A DNA stretch of 64,000 nucleotides, taken from Stenotrophomonas sp. GTDB taxonomy: Bacteria > Pseudomonadota > Gammaproteobacteria > Xanthomonadales > Xanthomonadaceae. The position numbers and the translations under genes are program-made. The notes beneath the pieces were generated by a model. The model searched no databases. It had not been told where the DNA came from and saw only the letters and a program-made list of their open reading frames with translations. Where the stretch lies: assembly GCF_035634915.1 (NCBI RefSeq), contig NZ_DASQCB010000019.1, forward strand, positions 67,668 through 131,667, read 5' to 3'. The stretch's first letter is position 1. Each line of letters starts with the position of its first letter. Shown here piece by piece: positions 56,201-64,000 of the stretch.

Positions 56201-57766
56201 ATGGATACCAGCGCCCCCCGTTTCGACAACCGCCTGCTGACCGCCCTGCCGGGCGATCCCGAGAGCGGCCCGCGCCGCCGCGAAGTGCGCGGTGCCGCAT
56301 GGTCATCGGTGATGCCGACGCCAGTGGCTGCACCGACCCTGCTGGCCTGGTCGCCGGACGTCGCCGCGCTGCTTGGCTTCGAGGCAGCCGACGTGCAGGA
56401 CGATGACTTCGCCCAGGTGTTTGGCGGCAACGCGTTGTACGCCGGCATGCAGCCGTGGGCAGCCAACTACGGTGGCCACCAGTTCGGCCACTGGGCGGGC
56501 CAGCTGGGCGATGGCCGCGCGATCTCGCTGGGTGAACTGGTGGCCGCTGATGGCCGGCACTGGGAGCTGCAGCTGAAGGGCGCCGGGCCGACCCCGTACT
56601 CGCGCGGCGCAGATGGTCGCGCCGTGCTGCGCTCCTCCATCCGCGAGTTCCTGTGCAGCGAAGCGATGCATCACCTGGGCGTGCCTACCACGCGCGCGCT
56701 GTCGCTGGTCGGCAGCGGCGAGGACGTGGTGCGCGACATGTTCTACGACGGCCACCCGCGCGCCGAACCCGGTGCCATCGTCTGCCGCGTGGCACCGTCG
56801 TTCATCCGCTTCGGTACGTTCGAACTGCCGGCATCACGCGGCGAGACCGCGCTGTTGAAGCAGCTGGCCGATGCCTGCATCGCCCGCGATTTTCCCGAAC
56901 TGCTGGGCGAGGGCGAGGCGCTGCATGGCGACTGGTTCGCACAGATCGCCGTGCGCACCGCCGAGCTGATGGCGCACTGGATGCGCGTCGGTTTCGTGCA
57001 CGGGGTGATGAACACCGACAACCTGTCCGTGCTAGGCCTGACCATCGACTATGGCCCGTATGGCTGGGTGGAGGACTACGACCCGGACTGGACGCCGAAC
57101 ACCACCGATGCCCAGGGCCGGCGCTACCGCTTCGGCACCCAGCCACAGGTGGCGTACTGGAATCTCAACCGGCTTGCACAGGCGCTGTCGCCGCTGTTCG
57201 CCGACGTGCAGCCGCTGCAGGCGGGGCTGGCGGCGTTCCAGTCCACCTTCGTGGCCTGCACGCGCCGCGATGCCGCCGCCAAGCTGGGCCTGGCCGCCGC
57301 CGATGACGATGACCTGCAGCTGTACCTGCGCTGGCAGCAGCTGTTGCAGGACGGCGGGATGGACATGACGCTGGCGTGGCGCGCACTGATGCGGGTGGAT
57401 GCGTCGGCGCCGGATGCCGGCGTGCTGGAGGCGGTGTACTACGACGACGCGCGCCGGCAGGCGGTGCAGGCGCCGCTGCAGCAGTGGCTGCAGGAGTATG
57501 CCGCGCGGTTGCGTGCCGATCCGCTGACGGCGGACGCACGGCTGGCGAAGATGGCGGCAGCCAATCCGCTGTACGTGCTGCGCAACTGGTTGGCGCAGGA
57601 AGCGATCGACCGGGCGGAGCAGGGCGACCTGGGCGGGGTGCATGCGCTGCAGGACGTGCTGCGTGATCCGTACACGGAGCGGCCGGGGCTGGAGCACTAT
57701 GCCGGCAAGCGACCGGCGTGGGCGGATCACCGTGCCGGGTGCTCGATGCTGTCCTGCAGTTCGTAG
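56201..57766 (+). CDS. selO: protein adenylyltransferase SelO (YdiU)
   Basis: NYGGHQFGHWAGQLGDGRAISLGE...GVMNTDNLSVLGLTIDYGPYGW, typical SelO. Start moved to Met51 (MDTSAPRF). Confidence 0.88.
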   Translation: MDTSAPRFDNRLLTALPGDPESGPRRREVRGAAWSSVMPTPVAAPTLLAWSPDVAALLGFEAADVQDDDFAQVFGGNALYAGMQPWAANYGGHQFGHWAGQLGDGRAISLGELVAADGRHWELQLKGAGPTPYSRGADGRAVLRSSIREFLCSEAMHHLGVPTTRALSLVGSGEDVVRDMFYDGHPRAEPGAIVCRVAPSFIRFGTFELPASRGETALLKQLADACIARDFPELLGEGEALHGDWFAQIAVRTAELMAHWMRVGFVHGVMNTDNLSVLGLTIDYGPYGWVEDYDPDWTPNTTDAQGRRYRFGTQPQVAYWNLNRLAQALSPLFADVQPLQAGLAAFQSTFVACTRRDAAAKLGLAAADDDDLQLYLRWQQLLQDGGMDMTLAWRALMRVDASAPDAGVLEAVYYDDARRQAVQAPLQQWLQEYAARLRADPLTADARLAKMAAANPLYVLRNWLAQEAIDRAEQGDLGGVHALQDVLRDPYTERPGLEHYAGKRPAWADHRAGCSMLSCSS

Positions 57767-57775
57767 GGGGGTGTT

Positions 57776-58472
57776 TTGCAGGGCTTGCAGCCCTGCACCC
57801 GCTCACTGCAACGGCAACATCAAAAGCTGGGTATCCGTGGGATGGCGGGGTGGGTCCGGTTGAGGGGGACGCCGTAAACCCATCCATGGGGGCTTGGTCG
57901 CGCCATCCATGGCGCTCACACCCCCTCAACCGGACCCACCCCGCCTTCGACCGTTTCCCGCGATCTGTCGGACATGCTCTTGGGGGGGGGGGCCGACCGT
58001 TGGTCGGCACTTGGTTGGATATCCAGGTCTGACAGATGTGTCGACCGAGGTCGACACCTACCAACAGCGCCGTTGCCAGTAGATCCACGCCATGCGTGGA
58101 TGAATTCATTCGATGTCTGACAGATGTGTCGACCAAGGTCGACACCTACCAACAGCGCTGTTGCCAATGTATCCACGCCATGCGTGGATGAATTCATTCG
58201 ATATCTGACAGATGTGTCGACCAAGGTCGACACCTACCAACAGCCGCGCGCAGCAACAGTCGCAGTTACCGACAGCCGCAGGAATCTGTCCGAGGTGGGG
58301 CACTGTGGGTTCGCGGGGTGTGAGCCGCATGGATGCGGCGACCAAGCCCCCATGGACGGGTTCACGGCGTCCCCGCGAACCCACAGTGCCCCGCCATCCC
58401 ACGGAATGCAGCTCTTGCCTCGGCCGTTGCAGTTGCCGTTGCATTGAGCAGGTGCAGGGCTGCAAGCCCTGC
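57776..58472. repeat. composite repeat superstructure C
   Basis: Left ~180-bp copy 57776..57951 and right copy (reverse) 58286..58472. The core includes about 2.7 copies of an 88-bp two-palindrome module (about 58017..58252). Confidence 0.85.
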
Positions 58473-58505
58473 AAAACCCCCTACAACGATGGTATTACCC
58501 ATTCA

Positions 58506-58520
58506 GTGCGATATTCGCAC
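58506..58520. promoter_or_regulatory. operator-like palindrome upstream of the beta-helix/porin/aroD/MFS cluster
   Basis: GTGCGATATTCGCAC sits inside a larger inverted repeat, ACCCATTCAGTGCG...CGCACTTGAATGGT (58496..58548). A half-site GTGCGATAA lies at 58552. The 11-mer TGCGATATTCG recurs inverted at 63851..63861. Confidence 0.4.
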
Positions 58521-58698
58521 GCACAGTCGATTACCGCACTTGAATGGTGCAGTGCGATAAACCTAATTTCACTCCCGCAGTTTCATAGCAGTCCAAGCGA
58601 TCCACCCCTGGCGGGGCGAGGGCAGCAGCCGGTCCGGTGCTGAAGCCAGGTGCAGGGGAAGACCGCCGGATTTCCCTTCACCTGTGCGGAGTGTTCGC

Positions 58699-60210
58699 AT
58701 GCGCCGTCGTCTGTCCGTTGTTTCCCTGTCCCTGCTTGCCGTGCTGCCGTCGCTGGCGCTGGCCTACCAGGCCGAACCGCCGCGCGAATCGCTGCAGGTG
58801 CTGCGCGTGGACCGTTACGCCGACGATGCCAATGCCGGCTCGCTGCGCTGGGCCATCACCACCGCCAACGCCGCTCCGGGCCGCTACCGCATCGAGATCG
58901 ACGCCGTCGGCGCCGCGCCCTACGTCATCAAGCCGGCCGCGCCGCTGCCGGAAATCAAGGGCCCGGTACAGATCGTCGGCACGCCCTGGGCGCGCGATGG
59001 CCAGTACGTCGCCATCGATGGCTCGGCCTACGTCACCGGCACCGGCACCGATGCCTGCCCGGGCGCCGAACCCGGCCAGTCCGGTACCAACGTGCGCACC
59101 ACCACGCTGCCGGGCCTGGTCCTGCGCGATACCCAAGGCGTCGAGCTGGCCGGCCTGGAGATCCGCAACTTCTGCATCGGCGTGCTGGTCAACCGTTCCA
59201 GCCACAACGAGATCCATGACAACCGCATCGTCGCCAACAAGGGTGGCGCCGGCATCATGCTCACCGGCGACGACGGCAAGGGCCAGTCCACCGCGACCAC
59301 CACGGTGCACAACCGCATCGTGCGCAACGAATTCCTCGATAACGGTGACGGCCTGGAGCTGACCCGTGGCGCGGCCTGGAACCTGGTGGCCGACAACCTG
59401 TTCCAGTCCACCCGCGCCAACCCGGAACCCTCGCAGGGCATCGAGATCCTGTGGGGCAACGACAACAGCGTGGTCCACAACCGCTTCGTCGATTACTCCG
59501 ATGGCCTGCAGATCAACTGGGGCAACCGCAACTACATCGCCGCCAACACCTTCACCGGCAACTCGCTGGGCCTGAGCATCACCGGCAGCGGCAACGTGGT
59601 CGATGGCAATACCATCACCGGCAATGGCATCGGCATCGGCGTGCGCCCGCAGCCGGTCAGTGCGCCGAACCGCTTCACCGCCAACCGCATCTTCGGTAAC
59701 GGCCTGCCGATCGAGCGCTGCGAAGCCGGCGGCGCGTGCGTGAAGGGCCAGCCGCGCGGTGCCATCGTGTTCGGTGTGCCGGGCCTGGAGCACGCCAGCT
59801 TCGTCGGCTCGCGCGGTCGTGGCGTCGACAACGATCCGTCCAAGCGTGCGCGCATCTGCACCGCTGCCGGCCAGGCCAACTGCCAGCCGCTGCCCAACCT
59901 GGGCCAGGCTGCGCCGCAGCTGACCGCCGTGCAGGGCAAGGGCGCGCAGCGCCAGCTCAACGGTCGTTTCCAAGGGGTGCCGGATTCCCGCTACCAGGTG
60001 GAGGTGTTCGGCAACCGTGCCGCCAACGGCAGCGAAGCCGAACTGGTGCTCGGCAGCGTCGAAGCCCGGACCGATGCGCAGGGGCAGGGCAGCTTCACCT
60101 TCCCGCTCGGTGCCGGGGCCGATGCTGCCGCTGCCGGCAGCTTGACCGCCACGGTCACCTCGGCGCAGGGCGCCACCTCCCCCCTGAGCGCGCCGCTGTC
60201 GCTGCGCTGA
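58699..60210 (+). CDS. secreted right-handed parallel beta-helix repeat protein
   Basis: Signal peptide MRRRLSVVSLSLLAVLPSLALA. Repeated PbH1-like units (NEIHDNRIVANKG, NRIVRNEFLDNGDG, NSVVHNRFVDYSDG, NYIAANTFTGNSLG, NVVDGNTITGNGIG). ATG at 58699 follows GGAG. Confidence 0.7.
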   Translation: MRRRLSVVSLSLLAVLPSLALAYQAEPPRESLQVLRVDRYADDANAGSLRWAITTANAAPGRYRIEIDAVGAAPYVIKPAAPLPEIKGPVQIVGTPWARDGQYVAIDGSAYVTGTGTDACPGAEPGQSGTNVRTTTLPGLVLRDTQGVELAGLEIRNFCIGVLVNRSSHNEIHDNRIVANKGGAGIMLTGDDGKGQSTATTTVHNRIVRNEFLDNGDGLELTRGAAWNLVADNLFQSTRANPEPSQGIEILWGNDNSVVHNRFVDYSDGLQINWGNRNYIAANTFTGNSLGLSITGSGNVVDGNTITGNGIGIGVRPQPVSAPNRFTANRIFGNGLPIERCEAGGACVKGQPRGAIVFGVPGLEHASFVGSRGRGVDNDPSKRARICTAAGQANCQPLPNLGQAAPQLTAVQGKGAQRQLNGRFQGVPDSRYQVEVFGNRAANGSEAELVLGSVEARTDAQGQGSFTFPLGAGADAAAAGSLTATVTSAQGATSPLSAPLSLR

Positions 60211-60232
60211 TCACCTCCACGAGACCGCGATC

Positions 60233-61534
60233 ATGATTCCTGCGAAATCCCCGGCACAGGGCATCTCCCTGTCCATCCTTGCCATCGCGCTGCTGCCGGC
60301 GATGGCCCATGCGCAATCCAGCAACCGTTACGAAGGCAGGACGTTCACTGGCGACTGGGGCGGCACCCGCACCGATCTGTACGAGCGTGGCATCGCTTTC
60401 CGCGGCGATTACGTGGGCGAGGCCATGGGCGTGGTCGATGGCGGTTACGGCGAAACCGGCGCGCGCTATGCACAGCAGGTGCGCGTGGGCATGGACCTGG
60501 ACATGGGCAAGCTGGCCGGCTGGGATGGCGGTGCGTTCCACTTCACCCTCAACGACCGTCGCGGCCGCAGCACCTCGGTGGACTTCGTCGGCAACCGCTT
60601 CCCGATCCAGGAAGCATACGGCGGCCAGTACACGCGCCTGACCGAGCTGAGCTATGACCAGACCTTCAATGCGGGCCAGTCGTACTACAAGCTGGGTTAC
60701 TACGCGATGGGCAACCAGTTCGGCCTGCACAGCCTGCTGACCCACTTCGTCAACGCCGCCTTCTGCGCGCACCCGCTGGCGATGTCCGGCAACAGCGGCT
60801 GGTACAACTACCCGATGGCGCGCTGGGGCGGTGAGTTCGCGCAGCAGATCAGCCCGGCGGTGAACGTGCGTACCGGCTGGTTCCAGGTCAACCCGAACCT
60901 GGGCGGCAACATCGAGCGCAACGCGTTCCGTCCCTTCGTCTCGGGTACCACCGGTTCGCTGTTCCCGGTGGAAGTGACCTGGACCCCGGCCAAGGGCAGC
61001 CGCCATGCCGGCGTCTACAAGTTCGGCGGTTACTACGACACCTCGCGCGTAGACAAGCGCGGCCTGGACACCTCGCCGACCACCGGCCGCCACGGCGCCT
61101 ACGTGCTGGCCGAGCAGCGCTTGACCCAGGAATCGGCCGACCCGAGCCGCGGCCTCACCGCCTTCGCGCAGTACATGGTGTCCGACACCGATACCGCGCA
61201 GATCAAGCGCTGGTACGCACTGGGTGGCGTCTACCAGGGCATCGGCTCGCGCGCGCAGGACAGCATCGCGCTGGGCTACGTGGGCGCCGACATCAACGAC
61301 CGCCTGGTCGATGCACGCCGGGCCACGCTGATGAGTGGTGGCGTGCCCATCGATTCGCCGCTGTACAACCTCAGCCAGGCCGAGGAGCTGTTCGAACTGT
61401 CCTACAGCGTCCAGGTGAACCCGTGGCTGATGATCCGCCCGGACGTGCAGTACATCGTCAACCCGGGCACGTTCAATTACAGCGGTACCGACAACGCCTG
61501 GGCCGTCGGTGTCCAGGCCAAGGTGACCTTCTGA
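60233..61534 (+). CDS. carbohydrate-selective porin, OprB family (QuiX-like)
   Basis: Signal peptide ending AMAHA. FTGDWGGTRTDLYERGIAFRGDYVGE is typical of the OprB N-terminus. Beta-barrel with terminal ...AKVTF. Confidence 0.8.
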   Translation: MIPAKSPAQGISLSILAIALLPAMAHAQSSNRYEGRTFTGDWGGTRTDLYERGIAFRGDYVGEAMGVVDGGYGETGARYAQQVRVGMDLDMGKLAGWDGGAFHFTLNDRRGRSTSVDFVGNRFPIQEAYGGQYTRLTELSYDQTFNAGQSYYKLGYYAMGNQFGLHSLLTHFVNAAFCAHPLAMSGNSGWYNYPMARWGGEFAQQISPAVNVRTGWFQVNPNLGGNIERNAFRPFVSGTTGSLFPVEVTWTPAKGSRHAGVYKFGGYYDTSRVDKRGLDTSPTTGRHGAYVLAEQRLTQESADPSRGLTAFAQYMVSDTDTAQIKRWYALGGVYQGIGSRAQDSIALGYVGADINDRLVDARRATLMSGGVPIDSPLYNLSQAEELFELSYSVQVNPWLMIRPDVQYIVNPGTFNYSGTDNAWAVGVQAKVTF

Positions 61535-61569
61535 TGGCCGCACGCTCCCTCCACGCTCTGGTGACAGCC

Positions 61570-62421
61570 ATGAAATTCCCGTTCGCGTCCGTTGTCCTCG
61601 CCGGTGCGCTCAGCGCCTCCCCCCTGCTGGCCCTGGCCGCACCGCCGCCGGCGGTGCTGCAGGTTGGCCAGCTGCGCATCGGCGAGGGCAGCCCCCGCAC
61701 CATCGTGCCGATCACCGGCGCCACCGCTGAGGTCGCGCTGCAGCAGGCCGCCGCGATCGCTGCCAGCAAGGCCACCGACATCGCCGAATGGCGCATCGAC
61801 TACCTGGACATCGCTACCGATGGCAAGGCACTGGTCGCGCTGGGCAAGCGCATCCAGGCCACGCTGGGCGGCAAGCCGGTCATCGTCACCTTCCGTACCA
61901 AGGCCGAAGGCGGCGCCAAGCCGATCAGCGATGCCGACTACGGTGCGCTGTACGCCACGCTGCTGCGCGGCGGCGTCGCCCAGCTGATCGACGTGGAGAT
62001 GTTCCGCGACCCGAAGGTCGTGCAGTCGCTGGTGGCACAGGCGCACAAGGCCGGGGTCAAGGTGGTGATGTCCAACCATGACTTCCATGCCACGCCGCCG
62101 CGCGAGGAGATCGTCGCACGCCTGCTGAAGCAGCAGGCCCTCGGCGCCGACGTGCTGAAGATCGCGGTGATGCCGCGTGATGCCGGCGACGTGCTGGCGC
62201 TGCTCGATGCCACTTGGCAGGTGCGCCAGCAGAGCGACAAGCCGCTGCTGACCATGTCGATGGGCGGCACCGGCGTGGTTTCGCGCCTGGCCGGCGAAAC
62301 CTTCGGCCAGGCCCTGACGTCCGGCATGATCGGCACCCCGTCGGCGCCGGGCCAGGTCGAGGTCGATCGCCTGCAGGACGTCCTGCAGGTCATCCATGCA
62401 TCCAGCCAGGCCGGTCACTGA
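61570..62421 (+). CDS. aroD: type I 3-dehydroquinate dehydratase with N-terminal signal peptide
   Basis: MKFPFASVVLAGALSASPLLALA followed by an AroD-like core (IVPITGAT, DIAEWRIDYL, LIDVEMF, GADVLKIAVMPRD containing the Schiff-base Lys context). An alternative ATG at 61534 overlaps the porin stop (TGATG). Confidence 0.8.
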   Translation: MKFPFASVVLAGALSASPLLALAAPPPAVLQVGQLRIGEGSPRTIVPITGATAEVALQQAAAIAASKATDIAEWRIDYLDIATDGKALVALGKRIQATLGGKPVIVTFRTKAEGGAKPISDADYGALYATLLRGGVAQLIDVEMFRDPKVVQSLVAQAHKAGVKVVMSNHDFHATPPREEIVARLLKQQALGADVLKIAVMPRDAGDVLALLDATWQVRQQSDKPLLTMSMGGTGVVSRLAGETFGQALTSGMIGTPSAPGQVEVDRLQDVLQVIHASSQAGH

Positions 62422-62474
62422 GACCTTCCCCGCCGGACGTTCCACCGCACCACGCTGTTGCAGGAAACCGCACC

Positions 62475-63800
62475 ATGAGCCACGCCTCCGCCGCTGCACC
62501 GCCGCTTGTCCTTGAACGGATGAGTCCCTTCCAGTGGACCGCCATCGCCATCTGCGTGCTGTTGAACATGCTCGATGGCTTCGATGTGATGGTCATGGCC
62601 TTCACCGCACCGCATGTATCGGCGGACTGGGAACTGTCGGGCAAGGTGCTGGGGCTGATGCTCAGCGCCGGCCTGGTCGGCATGGCGCTGGGTTCGTTCC
62701 TGCTGGCGCCATTGGCGGACCGCTGGGGCCGGCGGCCGATGATCATCTGCTGCCTGCTGATCCTGACCAGCGGCATGGCGCTGTCGGCGCTGGCCGGCAA
62801 CGCCTGGCAGCTGGGCGCGCTGCGCGTGTACACCGGCATCGGCATCGGCGGCATGCTGGCCGGTGTCGGCGTCATCACTGCCGAGTACGCCAACGCCAAG
62901 TGGCGCAGCACGGCGGTCGCGTTGCAGGCCACCGGCTATCCCATCGGCGCCACCGCCGGCGGCCTGCTGGCGGCGTGGATGCTGGAGCACTGGTCCTGGC
63001 ACAGCGTGTTCCTGATCGGCGCTGGTGCCTCGCTGCTGTGCATTCCGCTGGTGTTGAAGTGCCTGCCGGAATCGCTGGATTTCCTGGTCGCGCGTCGCCC
63101 GGCCAATGCGCTGCCGCGACTGAACGCGCTGCTGTCACGCATGCGCATGCCGGAACTGCAGGCACTGCCGCCGGCACCGGTGCGCAATGGCCAGCGCCAG
63201 GGCTATGCCGCGCTGTTCGTCGGCGACCTGCGTCGCGTCGCGCTGCTGATCGCGCTGGCGTTCTTCCTGCACATGTTCGCCTTCTATTTCGTGCTGAGCT
63301 GGACGCCGAAGCTGCTGGTGTCGGCCGGCGTGTCGGCGCAGCAGGGCATCACCGGCGGCGTGCTCCTGAACCTGGGCGGCATCGTCGGTGGCAGCCTGTT
63401 CGGCTGGCTGGCGTCGCGCTGGTCGCTGTCGAAGCTGACCGCGGGCGCGCTGCTGCTGGCGATGGTGTCGATGCTGGGCTTTGCGGCCTTCAACACGCAG
63501 CTGGGCGTGGCGTTCCCGTTGGCCTTCGTGATCGGTGCGGCGCTGTTCGCAGCGATGGCCGGCCTGTACGCGGCGGCACCGGTGGTGTTCGCCGCTGAAG
63601 TGCGGACCACAGGCCTTGGCTGGGCCATCGGCATCGGCCGCGTCGGCGCGATTCTCTCGCCGCTGACCGTGGGCGTGCTGGTGGATGGCCACTGGCAGCC
63701 CTCCGCGCTGTATGTGTTGTGCGCCTTGCCGCTGCTGCTGGCGGCGTGGGCGTGCCTGGGCCTGCGCGTGGGCGTGGGCGTCGGCCAGAACCGGCGTTGA
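62475..63800 (+). CDS. MFS transporter, aromatic acid:H+ symporter (PcaK/BenK-like) family
   Basis: 441 aa, LLNMLDGFDVMVMAF, LADRWGRRP and 12 TM. Start moved to Met88 (MSHASAAAPP) of ORF 62214..63800. Confidence 0.85.
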   Translation: MSHASAAAPPLVLERMSPFQWTAIAICVLLNMLDGFDVMVMAFTAPHVSADWELSGKVLGLMLSAGLVGMALGSFLLAPLADRWGRRPMIICCLLILTSGMALSALAGNAWQLGALRVYTGIGIGGMLAGVGVITAEYANAKWRSTAVALQATGYPIGATAGGLLAAWMLEHWSWHSVFLIGAGASLLCIPLVLKCLPESLDFLVARRPANALPRLNALLSRMRMPELQALPPAPVRNGQRQGYAALFVGDLRRVALLIALAFFLHMFAFYFVLSWTPKLLVSAGVSAQQGITGGVLLNLGGIVGGSLFGWLASRWSLSKLTAGALLLAMVSMLGFAAFNTQLGVAFPLAFVIGAALFAAMAGLYAAAPVVFAAEVRTTGLGWAIGIGRVGAILSPLTVGVLVDGHWQPSALYVLCALPLLLAAWACLGLRVGVGVGQNRR

Positions 63801-63827
63801 ACCGATGGCCGAGGTAGTTCAGTCAAT

Positions 63828-63864
63828 GTGCGATTATCGAATGTAAGGACCGAATATCGCATTG
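63828..63864. promoter_or_regulatory. pair of IclR/PcaR-like operator boxes
   Basis: GTGCGATTATCGAAT (63828..63842) and the inverted CCGAATATCGCATTG (63850..63864), about 110 bp upstream of a GTG start with an AAGGAG RBS. Confidence 0.45.
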
Positions 63865-63971
63865 ACCGGACGGGGTGCCGTGGCGACCATGTCCGGGTCG
63901 TGTTTTCCCTTCGCAGTGGCCCTGCAGTGTGGCGGCGATGACCGCCGGCAGGCAGGGCAAGGAGCAATGCA

Positions 63972-64000
63972 GTGATCGACAAGACCGTGGCCAGCGTGCA
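63972..64000 (+). CDS. 5' end of an unidentified CDS (possibly CoA-transferase subunit A-like), truncated by window
   Basis: AAGGAG lies 7 nt before GTG. The translation VIDKTVASV... loosely resembles PcaI/ScoA N-termini. Only 9 codons are visible. Confidence 0.3.

Noticed and set aside
57165-58145. Recurrent ORFs beginning MSTLVDT... (also 31290..31619, 46182..47597 and 57916..58233), plus other short ORFs inside the repeat clusters.
   Set aside because: The shared N-terminus is simply the translation of the SMAG palindrome GTGTCGACCAAGGTCGACAT. These ORFs are repeat-derived and overlap real genes or other repeats.

Overview
High-GC DNA that I infer to be a Stenotrophomonas maltophilia-complex chromosome. 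The inference rests on two things: an RND pump, SDR and OMP gene order matching the smeU1-V-W-U2-X operon, and many GTAG-type SMAG palindromes. No search was run.

Most of the window is conserved housekeeping sequence. In order it contains:
- the 3' part of the smeVWX efflux operon
- a TonB-dependent receptor
- tmRNA (ssrA), then smpB-ratA-rnfH-bamE-fur
- recN and hrcA-grpE-dnaK-dnaJ
- pdxY
- an ECF sigma/anti-sigma unit, two c-di-GMP proteins, and a LOG protein
- queA-tgt-yajC-secD-secF
- fabV, yaeQ, yaiI, cspA, selO
- a porin / type I dehydroquinase / aromatic-acid MFS cluster

I found no cas genes, integrases, transposases, phage genes or recognisable defence system.

Two things are not explained by ordinary annotation:
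1. Three 0.6-0.7 kb intergenic repeat superstructures (about 28.8, 47.3 and 57.8 kb). Each is bounded by inverted copies of a ~180-bp element whose long hairpin stem exists in three unrelated but self-complementary versions. SMAG modules sit between the two copies.
2. An operator-like AT-rich motif (TGCGATATTCG) flanks a cluster encoding a secreted beta-helix protein, an OprB-type porin, a signal-peptide-bearing type I 3-dehydroquinate dehydratase and an aromatic-acid MFS transporter.

Many long ORFs in the six-frame track are antisense or repeat-derived artefacts of the GC content and were rejected. All protein family calls come from reading motifs in the translations. Start codons were often moved to internal Met/Val codons and are the least certain part.
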